From positions 39,978,388 to 40,042,387 of the forward strand of contig NC_092670.1 of assembly GCF_964355755.1 (NCBI RefSeq): a DNA stretch of 64,000 nt, read 5' to 3'. The notes beneath the pieces were generated by a model. That model was not told the origin of the DNA. It did no database searches and saw only the letters and a program-made list of their open reading frames with translations. Shown here one piece after another: positions 35,701 through 47,735 of this stretch; within the stretch, counting starts at the first letter, position 1; every line of letters starts with the position of its first letter. A program made the position numbers and the translations under genes. This DNA is from Antedon mediterranea. Its lineage: Eukaryota; Animalia; Echinodermata.

Positions 35701-38700
35701 CTCCTCCAAACCGATGAGTGTGGCCCAAAACACATACGGAAGTACAGATTAGTACATTGGGACTATCCTTTCAATCGTGTCACTGCTTTTATCCACCCCT
35801 TTCCAATGTAATGATCAAATACAACAAAATGACGAAATATCTAGGTAACTTGAATAAATACTTGCATAGTCACCAAATGTTTACAGCCATGTTTACTGCA
35901 TCCTATAGTGCATGACCATCATGTTTTTACTGTAAGTTTTCTTCTGGAACATCTGTCGGTATTTCAACGCCATCCATCAAGATATGTGAAGTCATATTTG
36001 GTTAAAGATATTAAAATTGGGCTATGATCATATCCAATGGTTGATCAGCAGATTTTCTGTCAGTTTTTATATACTTTATCGAAACAGTTGCCTTATAGAA
36101 ATCCGCAAAGGTTTAGAGCGATGCTTTCTCAGTGGTTCACGAAGTTCTAAGTTCTACTGTTTTTTTTCTTCCAATAAGTTGTTACTTTAAATATAAGATT
36201 TATTTATTTTATTTTATTTTATTCATTTCGGCAATAAACATAAAATAATAATTACAAAAAAAAACATAGAAATATATATATATATATATATATATGAAAA
36301 ACAAGACACGAGGCCGAGGAAAGACAAAAGCATTAAACAAAACGCTGTCACCGGTAAGGTGTGTCTCTCCAACACATAAATAACAAATAACAAGAATATA
36401 TACTAATATAGTAGACATATCAATTCATTTAAAAATTTAAAAAGTTTCTCTCCGACATTTAAAATATAGCTTTAGAGATAATTTGAAATTATTAAAAGAA
36501 CCATTAACAAAAATATCGCGAATCTCATTGGGTATGGAATTCCAAGTTCTAGATCCTCTTTATCATCTGTCAGTTCGAAAGAATATTGTGTATTATGTGT
36601 GATTCGTGATCAGTCTGACCATGTCATGCTATCAATGAATTTAACAGCGTTTCATGTTATACCAATGATTCTATTTTGAATTGATCAATCATCCACTCAG
36701 TGTTTAGAATATTGGTTCTGATTAGTTTAGATAGGTAAATTTGTTTACCCTTTTAACCTCATTCTACAACGAATCCAATCGGTTTTTAAATGTGTCATTT
36801 CAGAAATGACGACTTTGGTTGGCAAACTATTAAAATATATAATTAATAATTGTGAAATTTAGGTTTAAAAAGTCTAAGCTGATGTCCTCGTGTATTTCTG
36901 CTTAGATTGCATCCCATTTGAAGGAAGTCTTCCTTGGCTACACCCTCGAAATCTTTTGAAAATTTTCAATCAAGTCACCATGAATTCGTCTGTCATACAG
37001 GGTTGTTAGGCCAAGAAACTTTAAACGATCTTCATATGAATAAGAATGGATAGCTGGAATTTGATTTGTCGCATGACGTTGTCCTCTTCAAGTGCGTTTA
37101 TGTCTTTTTGGAGAAATGGATTTCATACCTGGACACAGTACGTAACGTAATTTTTGTAAATAACGTTAAAACCGTCTTTATCCATGTGTATAAAGGACTT
37201 CTTAATTACTTAAGGAGTTTTATATTTGTTATCACCGTCAGCCATGATAGCATAGATGCGAAGGCCTCAAGAAGAAGTCCCCAATTGCCACTCCTTCCAA
37301 CCTTGATAAAGTCCAATAGTTAGGGTTTTTGAAAGCAAAGACTCGATACCCAGGTTTCTCTTTCGAGATTTCTTGAAACAACAAACTTCAATGAAAACTT
37401 GTATCATTGAAATAACGAAAAAAATGTTTAAATAATTACATTATAGGGGGTCTCTGACCCAAACAAAAACTTCTTGACATTAGGTCATATAGGGGGTCTC
37501 TGTTTTCGAAATTTTTCTAAAAACAAATTTCTAAGTATTATTACATTATTATAGGTAATATTAATTAATTTTTCTAAAAACAAATTTCTAAATATTACTG
37601 TATTACATTAATTATTATAGGTAATATTAATATTATAGTAAAAGACCAATCTTTTGGCACATATAACACTTGACCTATTTTTTCCGACAAAAATCAAAAC
37701 CATGACTGGTGGACAACATGAAAAAGACAAATTTACAACAGACTGGGAAAAGCCGATTAAAAAACTGTGTGTACTTTACAGAAATATGTGAAAACAACAT
37801 TTTGAGAAAATGACACTTTTATATTTAATTTCCTATGTTTTTATGTGTAAAATTAAATGTTTATCTCATAATTACTATAATATGAAGCATCAGTTGATCT
37901 TCAGATACACTGTATACCTTTTTGGATAGATCTGATGATGTAGATGATTTTCCGTGAATAAAAAAAAATCCTATATTTTGACCTTGTTTGACCTCTTGAC
38001 CACATAAACTGACCTTAAAACCCAAAACTGAAGATGGCATCCACCCACCCCTATCGTTTTTGTCACCCCACAAAGGATACATTCAACATGGTTGCCTGCT
38101 ATTAACAAAAAATTCCCCCCAAACTTTTTATAGAGGACTTTTGTGTATTTGGCCTCTCTACTATAATGAATACTCGTGGTTTGAAATCTTTGTTTACTTT
38201 CGCTCGCGACGATTTTAGTTAATTACGTAAACTTGTTTTTGGCTCGATTTTTCGACTTAAAGTGAATAACTTTAATATTACTTTGATATGGCCAATTTAA
38301 ATTTAAATAAATATTTTGACCTTCATTTTATGTGTTTCAAGGGACAAGGGACAATACATCTTTAAATAAATAATTATTATGATTTTATATGATCTAAATA
38401 TACCTTGAAAAGCTTGTAACGGTAACTGTCCAGGTGCAGCCATCATTGCTCCTGGTGCAGACAGAAATGTTCCTGGTGCAGCCATTGCTCCTAGTGCAGC
38501 CATCATTGCTTCAGACGCAGCCAGACCTTTTCCTGATGATTGAAACATTGTTCCTTGTCCATTCCTCATTGGTGATTGCGCAATCGCCATTGTGCCTTGT
38601 TCAGTTAGTCCTGAATTAAAATCTAACTTCATGGGAACCAGGCCCGTCGACGAAGCATCCAACCTTGTGTGAGGCAAACCTACACAACATAAATCATGCA

Positions 38701-39356
38701 TCAGTTACTTTATTTACCAAGAGAACATAGGCCTACGAGGAAAACATGGTGCCCTTTTCTGTTGTGTTGTGTGTTTGTCAATTTTATTTATTGAACTCAG
38801 CTAGTGAACTATAATTTGTTAACGTTCTGGTATCGAAGATAATACTCTTGGTTCTTTTTCGAGATAAAATTTCCAAAAATCATCGAACCCAAATTTTTAA
38901 AAATATTTCATAATTAATTATAAACCCATGTTCAAACGTATAATAATAATATCAAGTGCAATCTTTTAAAGTAAAGTCTAGTAACTGAGAAAGGTGGTCA
39001 GATCTTTTGTATAATTTTTAAAGTAAATTGCGTGACCTTTGACCTCACATGTTTATTTTCACTATGATTCACTGAGAATCGGGTAGATCTTGACACTAAC
39101 TATGAACCCCATCCTATTATTTTTACTTTTTTAATTCAGGGTAGAGGCTACCGTTATCTTGAAAAGATGGTCACATGTACTGTACTGTACCTTATCTGAA
39201 AGGGAGCACCTAAAGGTGTGTCGTTTACCGCCAATTTACATTATTGAAAATGTATTTTAAGCAAAGTCTTGATTGCTGTATTATATAAAAAATTATTACT
39301 ATTAATTATACTAACTACCGAAGAATAGTTGGGATTAATTTACCTCTAAAAGCCAT
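29320..39356 (-). CDS. Intact ZU5-UPA-death domain protein with an N-terminal low-complexity region and SPACA9-like helical domain (copy D, ~830 aa)
   Basis: Exons 39356-39344 (AAAATGG start), 38679-38404, 33695-33609, 33275-32604, 32440-32381, 31710-31070 (ZU5: GIFDHNGGNL..IPEGAIP..APIIHCGPPG..LTFPHCA..VKHFT), 30818-30675, 30378-30175 (UPA) and 29715-29320 (DD). All sites are GT/AG with compatible phases; the total is 2493 nt = 831 codons with no internal stop. The 5' exons are less certain than the ZU5-UPA-DD part. Confidence 0.8.
31070..31710 (-). CDS. ZU5 (plus start of UPA) exon of copy D
   Basis: Canonical ZU5 motifs, acceptor tttag|AC and donor GAG|gtaag. Confidence 0.9.
32604..33275 (-). 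CDS. Helical (SPACA9-like) domain exon of copy D
   Basis: 672-nt open phase 1-1 exon; homologous by eye to the 42011-42695 exon. Confidence 0.75.
36205..36560 (-). mobile_element. LINE 3' end nested in the Academ element
   Basis: RGSRTWNSIPNEIR..FKLSLK-type ORF2 tail and an (AATAA)n 3' tail. Confidence 0.6.
36690..37260 (-). mobile_element. CR1 LINE ORF2 fragment nested in the Academ element
   Basis: YEDRLKFLGLTTLYDRRIHGDLI at ~36968-37037, a typical CR1 C-terminal motif. Confidence 0.7.
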
Positions 39357-40960
39357 TTTCCGACGGGATTCAGATTGGTCCGTTTGAAAATACCCTTTTC
39401 CCTGGACGTGTTGCTTGGGGAAATATGGAATGGTCTTGTATTCATGTATAATTCATAAATAATACGATACGCCTATGATAAGGTCGGAACTACTTCATGG
39501 TTTGTGACGTATGAGCCAATGGCATGGTTACTTTCTGTTGTACTGTAACATAACATATGAACTCAGCTAAATCATGTCATTGAGTGAGTGTTGAATCATG
39601 AAAAGTAGTCCTTCTACATATGGACTTTGCCTACTGAATGACAAAGAAAGAATAAGAAAATACTTTAATGATAGGCCTACATTGACACGTCACTCCGCAG
39701 TATTAAAAGATTTAAAAAAAAGAACATAAATCCGTATAAAGTATTCACAAGAAATGTTATTCACCCAGCAAATTTAGAATTTGGATTACAATGTCTGTAA
39801 ACATAAACGTTTTCTATTTCGTTGTTTCTGTAGAATCTATGCTATTCAAAATTTCATCTTTCTTTCTTCTTTTTTGGATTGTGGTACAAAACATAAATTA
39901 ACGATTAACAAATGCAACTTGAGGGAAAACACATACATCTCATAGAGAGAAAAAAAATTGCAACATCATTATTTATATTGATCTCTATAATAGTCATGAC
40001 GATTATACAGAGAGAGGGAAAATGTTTGTAACAAATTATTATCTGGAACAATCGAACGACATGTTGACACACGAATGAACACTTTGTTAAAATCAATGAT
40101 TCCATTGAATTTGGAAATTCCAGTTTTCGACGTTGCAGGAAGTTGCGGATTGATATCATGCATGTCTGGTATATGTACATTTTACATCCTCCACATTCAG
40201 CCCAACCTTTAGACCTGGCGGCATCGCCATTTTATTTATTTTTTATATTTTTGTATATATTTTTACATTGAAGTTAATGTATTTCTGTACGGTAAGTTGT
40301 ATTTTAACTAATTCAACATTAATACTTGTTAGCTTATTTTTTATTTCCGCGTTCAGTAAGCATAGGTTATATAGGTAAAACCAACTATAAACGACAAAAT
40401 AAGGCAGTCATTGGATAGATCGATCAGCTGATGGGATTATTAGTTGAATTCGTTTTAGTGACCGAAATATATAATTATAACAATTACTGATTCTACATAA
40501 CTGAAAATAAATTAATTAATGTAGTTGTATATATTTTTGTATTTGCTTTAGATAGAAACAAAGTGCATGGTACTATGACGACAAAATCATCACGTGACTA
40601 CGATGTTTAACAGACTATACGCTTTGTAACGGCTTTATAGACCATGCCAATACTGTATAATGTATCTCTTTCCCAGTTCAAAAGCATTGCGTAAACGTTT
40701 CATCAGTTTAGTAACAAAATTAAAATTCAATTTGTTGAATAACACAAATTATGATTATAAAACAAAACAAACGTTTTTGTGCTAGAGAAAACTAATAGGA
40801 AATGCTTTAAGGTTAGCTCAACCAGTATAACAAGTTAGATGAATCCGTAATTTTAAATGAATGTCACATACGCAATAGAGATACCCGATTCTCAGTACTG
40901 TAGGCCTATCTCCAAATACGACAATATTTGCCCAGTAAAGCCTAACATAGGAATATTCGG

Positions 40961-41278
40961 TATTATATAACACCTATATAAATTCCTGTCATTTGATTGG
41001 ACGAATGTGGGTCACATGGCGTGCAATAGTACGCACTATTCAACGATCGTTAAATAGTACTTTTTGAAACATTTTTGTGTACGAAAAAAAAACGTCTAGA
41101 TGTTATATAAAACAAATAATGAATGTTTTGTATTCGTGTAATGGTACAAATAATGGCACTTGGTGAATGATGAAAGGTTATATCAACTCGGCTTTGCCTC
41201 GTTGATATAACCTTTCATCATTCACCTCGTGCCATTATTTGTACCATTGCACTCATAAACATTCATTATTTGTATAAT
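40961..41278. mobile_element. Hairpin-type non-autonomous element
   Basis: Stems 41162-41187/41201-41226 (26 bp perfect), 41140-41159/41229-41248 and 41112-41128/41257-41273, around the loop TCGGCTTTGCCTC. Confidence 0.65.
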
Positions 41279-42010
41279 ATAGCATATCATGTGTAGGCCT
41301 TTGCCTACCATGTAGTGTCTTCAAATTTAAGGAGTGGGTATGAAACTACATTAGCGCCGTATAATATAAGATTATATGTTAAAGGTTAGGTTATGGTACG
41401 TCTAGATACAGTACCGATAATCGGCTTATAGCTTAAGTTTTAAAAAGTGTGGAAGGGAAAAAGCTACACACAAAATACATTGACAAAACAATACCGGATA
41501 GACATAGACAAAGAATATGTTGACTGTCCATGATTCAATTCAATACAATTGGTGTGCTTTATATTATTAATTTAATCATGTTCAATATTTTTTTTTTAAC
41601 TCTATATAATCCAAACATAATCCGTATAACACCTCACATCTATGTTGGACTGGTCACGGAGGAATTACTCAACGTTTTGTTTTTATAATAATAAACAAAA
41701 TGTTTTAATGACTTTTAATTTATTGTATCAAGTTATGAGGTTAAGAAAAATAGTGATAAAATCAGTTGTAACTAATTCATTGAAACTAACTACTAACTCT
41801 TTTATCACAATATGGAACTTAAGTTACTTATGTTAAAGATGTTAATTAACGTAATAATCATAATAATACAGTAAATACAATCTTCTAATGTATTCAAATA
41901 GATATCATTGCTAGTAATCATTTGTAGTAAGCCTGTAAAATAATAATGTAATTTTTAAGGTGCGTTGCTAAATGTATTCTAAATAAAAAGTTCTATTTAT
42001 TTCAGTAACC

Positions 42011-45000
42011 ATGGCAGTTGCTGGTCCAATAACACTACCATTGACAGAAAAATCAAATTCACTTACATTTTCAAAGTCATTAGGCGTATGGTCAAAGAGG
42101 AGTTCAGACCAAGTGAATATCGGCATAAGTAAATTTATAGAGCCTCAATGGAACCTGATTAAGAAAAATCCTGATGTCGTCCAAAACTGCATAAAAAAAT
42201 CACTTATTGAACATCGGAAACTTCTGCATTGTAAAGACCCAAGCCAGAAAGTAACTCCATCATTTAATGAAGCATTGTATGTATTGATGTGTATGTACAT
42301 CGCAAATTCTGACCCAAATGTTAGGCGTTTCATTGATGTCGGTAATTATCTCCAAGCCCTGGTGAAAAAACTAACCGAGATGGATCAGTTTCTCGGAAAC
42401 TTTGCATGCTTCGAACCGACACGAAAGAAGTACTCTACAACCCTAAAAAAGATAATAACACTGGTATTTGAATATTCAAATAATGCACTCATGCACAAAA
42501 CATTTAAGAAAACTAATTTAGATAGAGCATACGCCTTACTCTTTAGTGTTGTGCCGAAAACACTCGAGAACATTAAAAGTATTGTAGAGACTATCTGTTC
42601 AGCGATGATAGGAGATGACGTGAAAGTGACTCAAGAAGAAATCGATCGACAAACAATTGAAGGTAGCATTATTATTGACCATTATTTCTGGTTTGGTAAG
42701 TACATTTGTTTGGGATTTCTAAAGTCATCCTATAATTTATGTTTTATAATAAATCTATAATAAATGTTATTTTTGGTGTAGGAGTATTTAGTTCAGTTAG
42801 TTTATGTAATAAAACAATATTGAAACAATATTGAAACAAGTAATCAAACAAGCATCAAAAGCAATTAGCAAAATCATTAGTATTAATAGTTACATTTTGA
42901 TATCAAGATTATGCCTATACTACTAAATGGAAACGAAATAAAGAAATTAATATTTTAACACCAACAGTTCTAATAGGCCTAAATAAATACATTCTCTGAA
43001 TTACGAGAAAATAATCACCAAAATATAGCCATTGCATGAAAATGTGGTCGATTTACTTTCAATTGCATTCCATGTTTATTTCAATTTAAATTATATTTTA
43101 GCATCCACTGTATCAAGTAATTTATGTAATTGTTATGTATTATAATTTATAAGGGTGGACCATGAGACTTTACATGATGGGTTAGCCTAGGGTAGAAGGA
43201 CTATACAAAGTATATTTAGTTGGCAACTGAAACAACAGAATATTGAAAGAAAGAAGATTTTTAAAAGTTATATTTGGAGGAAATAATATTAACTCTAGTT
43301 GGTATTTGCTTGGGTAGCCACTGCAACTACCCAAGCAAATACTGTACGACGTACTAGCAAAAAAGGATTCGTTGAAATTTTCCATTTAACACGAATAACA
43401 AGACTTCACTTCATTAGCCAATTCAAAGCCAAAATCCCAGCATTACTGTAAATGTTTAAAATTCCTACCCTATTATTGATAATAATCTACTAAGTATGGT
43501 TTTTTATTTACCGTCAATGTTTTTTATAGTGGATGACGAAGATCTATTGAGGGAAAATGACAGATTGAGAGAATTATTGGATGAAAAAACTAAAGGTACG
43601 GTACATTAAGTATATCAATGTTTTGGTATAATTATCGGATATCGTAAATTTATAATTAAATGTGAATAGTGAATTGAAAAAAAATATGGGCCTAATAACA
43701 ATTATAAATTTACGATATCCGATAATTATCGCATAAACACAATAGAGAAATAAAAGAAAACAAATATATATATATAACATATACAATTTGCATACAATAT
43801 AAAATACTATTACTACTCTTAGCGGATAAACATAAGCAGATATACATATTAACGACGTAGTTTAGTTACGTTTGAATGCATGCGTCTAAATAAGGAACAT
43901 GAAATGAAATTTAAAATTATATTCTGACATTATTTTATTTAACAGGGTTCGATGAGCAAGCAAAGACAATTTTGAAACTGCAGAAATTACTTGATGAGCA
44001 AGCAAAAGGTATCATCAAAAAGATAATAAATTACAAGATACGACTTCAGAATAATGAAGTCTGTCAATTACAATGATGGGACGTAGTAAAATGCTGTTTT
44101 CGCCGTCTGAACTGTCGTTTATTCGTCCGTTACGATCCACGTTTGAATATTTTCATATATAATCTGTGGTACAGTTACGAATATTATATTATTATTATAC
44201 TATTAATTTTCACATTTTATTTATCATACATTTGCTTAAACTTTTTTTTCTCAGAAAACAAGAACCTTCTATTAGAATTGAGTGGCAAAACTACTGATGG
44301 TAAGCCAATCGCGATTTTTGTTTACTAATCAGACAATGGAAAGCTTCGCATAGACATAGCCTAAACAATTTCTTTTTTTTAAGTTGCAAAATAGCGAATA
44401 TAATTGAGAATTGAGCTTAGATTTTTCGGAATTTTCGGAAATATACCACTAACATGTGCATAGTAAAGACAAATCTGAGATGAATAAATTAAAAAGCCAT
44501 TTTGTGTCTGCATTTTTAAAAGTTAAAAAATACGAATACAAATAAAAAGGCAAAATTAACGATTATTGAAGAACCAAAATCGCGTTGTCTGACAGACTAT
44601 AATAAACTTCTAGTTGACTATGACATGGCCTATGACATGGCCTATGACATGGCCTATGACATGGCCTATTCTTTTTAGGAGGATAATATATCTTTGACAC
44701 ACGATAAATATAAATTTGATAAATTCGCCTAGTTCAAACGGGCCTTAATAATAAAAAAGATGTAACTATATCGCTAATATGTAACCAGGGCTACAGTGGC
44801 GTAGGCTAGCCACTAGTACTGGTCACCTTGCTAGGTGCAATGTGTGTCGCAAAACGAGCATGCCTTTCTATTCCGTCATTAATATTATATTTCCGGATAA
44901 ATGACCAAGTGGGTTTTGATCACTGGTAACGAATTCATCATTGCCACTATCAAAAATTGTATCATAATTATTATAATATAACGGTTGTTTTTGTTGTATT

Positions 45001-47153
45001 TAGAAGGAATGTGCAATAATGCCACAAACAATGACGAAAAAGCTGAAATACCAGAAGATGGATTGGATAGGCTGTTACCAGAATCTCGCAAAAAAACCGA
45101 GCAGGATGGTGGTATGAAACTAGAAACCAATTATTCAACAACATCCAATTTTGCCTATGTTGTATTTGATAGCAGAGGGGGGTAACTTAAGTATTAAGGA
45201 TGCCGACGTTGAGCTGTTCATTCTAGCAGGGCCAATTTCCACAACGCAAGAAATCTATATTTATATTGATCCCAAGGCCCGATTATTAAACCCCGGTCAG
45301 GATGATCCACCCCAAAGTGGGATAGAACAGAGGGAAACTAGGGTAGCACCAATTGTACATTGTGGCCCACCGGATACCGAGTTCCTTAGCCATGTCGTCC
45401 TAACCATTCCACATAACGCAGAGAACGAGGACAACTGGCAATTTAACCCCGTCCGGTAATTAAATTACAGCACAAACCGGATGACCAAAGAAAGGTACTG
45501 TAAATCAAAGGGCCTACATTTAATGTTAGAGAGTGGTGGTAGATTCCATCCGATTATCGGTACTGTATCTTTTTCCGAAGTATCATAGGAGTATTTGGTA
45601 ATACAACATCACATGTGTTTCACATGTATCAATAGTAATCTAATAATAATTATTATATAATATGATATATAAATCAAAAGCATGGAGTATAATTCTTTAC
45701 TCCATGATCAAATGGCAAATTACTGAAAATAATGGGTATCATTTATTATATAATATAATAATAACTAATCTCACCTTACATGATACAAGCACCCCATGTG
45801 ATACAACAAATGAGATCCTGTATTACAAATATTCCTTTGAAACTTTGTAAATAGATAGTATGTAGAGATATAGGGCTGGAAATTGGGTGCTATAAGAAGG
45901 CTTATTTTATTAATAGCACACGGAATTTTCTTTAATCGCGTATGAGATGATTTAACAAATAATATTCAAATTATTACTGTATCTTTAATTATTCGATTTC
46001 AGAATTTGAGAAAAAGGCAAAAGAAAACATAAAATTACAACAGAAACTGGATGAACAAACAGAAGGTATTTTATTCATAACAATTATCATTTGGTTAAAG
46101 CATGCAATAATAGTTTTTATTATCAACAAATGATTTTATATACCTTTTTTCAGAAATCAAGAACCTTCGGTTTGCTTCGGGAGAATGTAAAGATAATGGT
46201 GAGTTAAGCATCCTTTCTCTCTCTTTTAATATAAAAAATAATATAAAATATACAATACCAATAATATGATCGAAAAAAAACAATGTTATTCACATGAATA
46301 ATATTGGTTGAAAAAGTTTTTAAAAACACAATTGTTATAAACACGCACAGTGTCGAAGAGCATATTTAATGGATGACGAATACTTTGACGTGTTTGTAAC
46401 AATATTCCTTGCAAATGGTTTGTATAATGTCAATAACATTGATGTGTTTTTCGATATTATTGGAATTGTATATTTTATATTATTTTTTATGTTAAAAGAG
46501 AGAAAAAGAATGCTTTCCTTTCTAATATATACTATTTGTTGCATTTAGAGGGGAAATTCACTCATGCCCAAAATAATGACAACACTGAACAAGAGGATGA
46601 ATTGGATAGGCTGTTACGAGAATCTCGCCAAAGAGCCGAACAGGATGGTGATATGAAACTGGAAAGAAATTATTCAACAACATCCAATTTTGCCTATGGT
46701 GTGTTTGATAGCAGAGGGGGTAACTTGAGTATTAAGGATGCCGATGTTGAGCTGTTCATTCCAGCAGGGGCAATTTCCACAACGCAAGAGATCTATATTT
46801 ATATTGATCCCAAGGCCCGATTACTAAACCCCGATCAGGGTGATCCTCCCCAAAGTGGGATAGAACAGAGGGAAACTAGAGTAGCACCAATTGTACATTG
46901 TGGGCCACCGGGTACCAAGTTCCTTAGCCATGTTGTCCTAACCATTCCACATAACGCAGAGAATGAAGACAACTGGCAATTTACCCCCGTCCGGTCTGAA
47001 GGAGACAGACATTATTGGCAGAATATAGGAACAGATTGTAATGATAACGCAGATGACGACAGCATTGTTATTGTCAATGGTGGATTCTGTGTTTTTATGG
47101 TGAAACACTTCACTAGTTTTACTCTCATGAAAGATTCGCCTAACTACAGATGA
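42011..47153 (+). CDS. SPACA9-like helical domain + coiled-coil micro-exons + C-terminal ZU5, no UPA/death domain (gene E, ~523 aa)
   Basis: Exons 42011-42695, 43530-43595, 43946-44008, 44255-44299, 46003-46065, 46154-46198 and 46549-47153. All junctions are phase 1; the total is 1572 nt = 524 codons if the broken exon at 45004 is skipped. AATAAA at ~47395. Extra micro-exons near 43100-43180 are possible. Confidence 0.75.
44618..44668. repeat. 12-bp tandem repeat CTATGACATGGC x4
   Basis: Directly visible. Confidence 0.9.
45004..45459 (+). pseudogene. Defective duplicate ZU5 exon within gene E
   Basis: Near-identical to 46549-46995 but has G6 instead of G5 at 45177-45182 (frameshift), and similarity ends after ..NWQFNPVR. 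Confidence 0.8.
46549..47153 (+). CDS. Terminal ZU5 exon of gene E
   Basis: GVFDSRGGNL..IPAGAI..APIVHCGPPG..LTIPHNA..VKHFTSFTLMKDSPNYR*. Confidence 0.85.
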
Positions 47154-47469
47154 ATCTTTAAAAAATTACCTTTTTAAGAATTATAATAGTACAGTGACCT
47201 AAAAGTAAAAAGTGCAGTGATTATTAAATATAATAGTTAGATATTTAAATGTATGCAATTGATAAAGTATGTAAAATACGTAAATGAATTATGTAATTGT
47301 TACTCAACCATTTAGTTTTCTTTGTTTTAATTCTTCTCTAGGTCTATTTATATAACATTGATCTACCCTTCCACTGATAAGAAATTGCGTTAAAATAAAA
47401 TTATTAAATTATCTCAATACAGTACTTTTTTTGGCCAAGTATTACCAATAGTAAATTAATAACTATCCT

Positions 47470-47735
47470 ATCAGATAGGTGGTAATCTCCCTGATACAAT
47501 TCACCGGGGTAACCCCCTACTCTTTTTGAATAGTGAACTGGGTTCTTTCAAGTGCACACAGGTTATAACTGTGTACACGACACTGGACCTACGGTTTATA
47601 GTCCTTATCCAAGAATACTTATTCCAACACCAGAACTAGGAGAATCGGGCTCAACCCCATGCCGATATTGTTGGCTCTTTAGGTACGGTAAACGGCGACC
47701 CTGCCTTATAACCGCTCGGCCATTTGACTCGCTTT
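47470..47735 (-). mobile_element. tRNA-derived SINE with Deu/Nin-type core
   Basis: Minus-strand core GGATAAGGACTATAAACCGTAGGTCC..GTGCACTTGAAAGAACCC..AGAGTAGGGGGTTACCCCGG; same family as 54810-55110. Confidence 0.7.

Larger units (their letters stand above)
34252..38163 (-). mobile_element. Fossil Academ DNA transposon in an intron of copy D, with nested LINE fragments
   Basis: TAG...CTA termini, TAA 3-bp TSD and ~150-bp imperfect TIRs. Transposase relics on the minus strand: FHAITGCSTSLFAGYGKRS (~35465-35522), RANYQA (~35115-35133) and LELVTCVCK (~35025-35055). Confidence 0.85.

Noticed and set aside
29320-39356. Calling these genes UNC5 netrin receptors, ankyrin or PIDD1
   Set aside because: No signal peptide, Ig/TSP1, transmembrane, ankyrin or LRR exons were found upstream, and there is only a single ZU5. 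No gene symbol was assigned.
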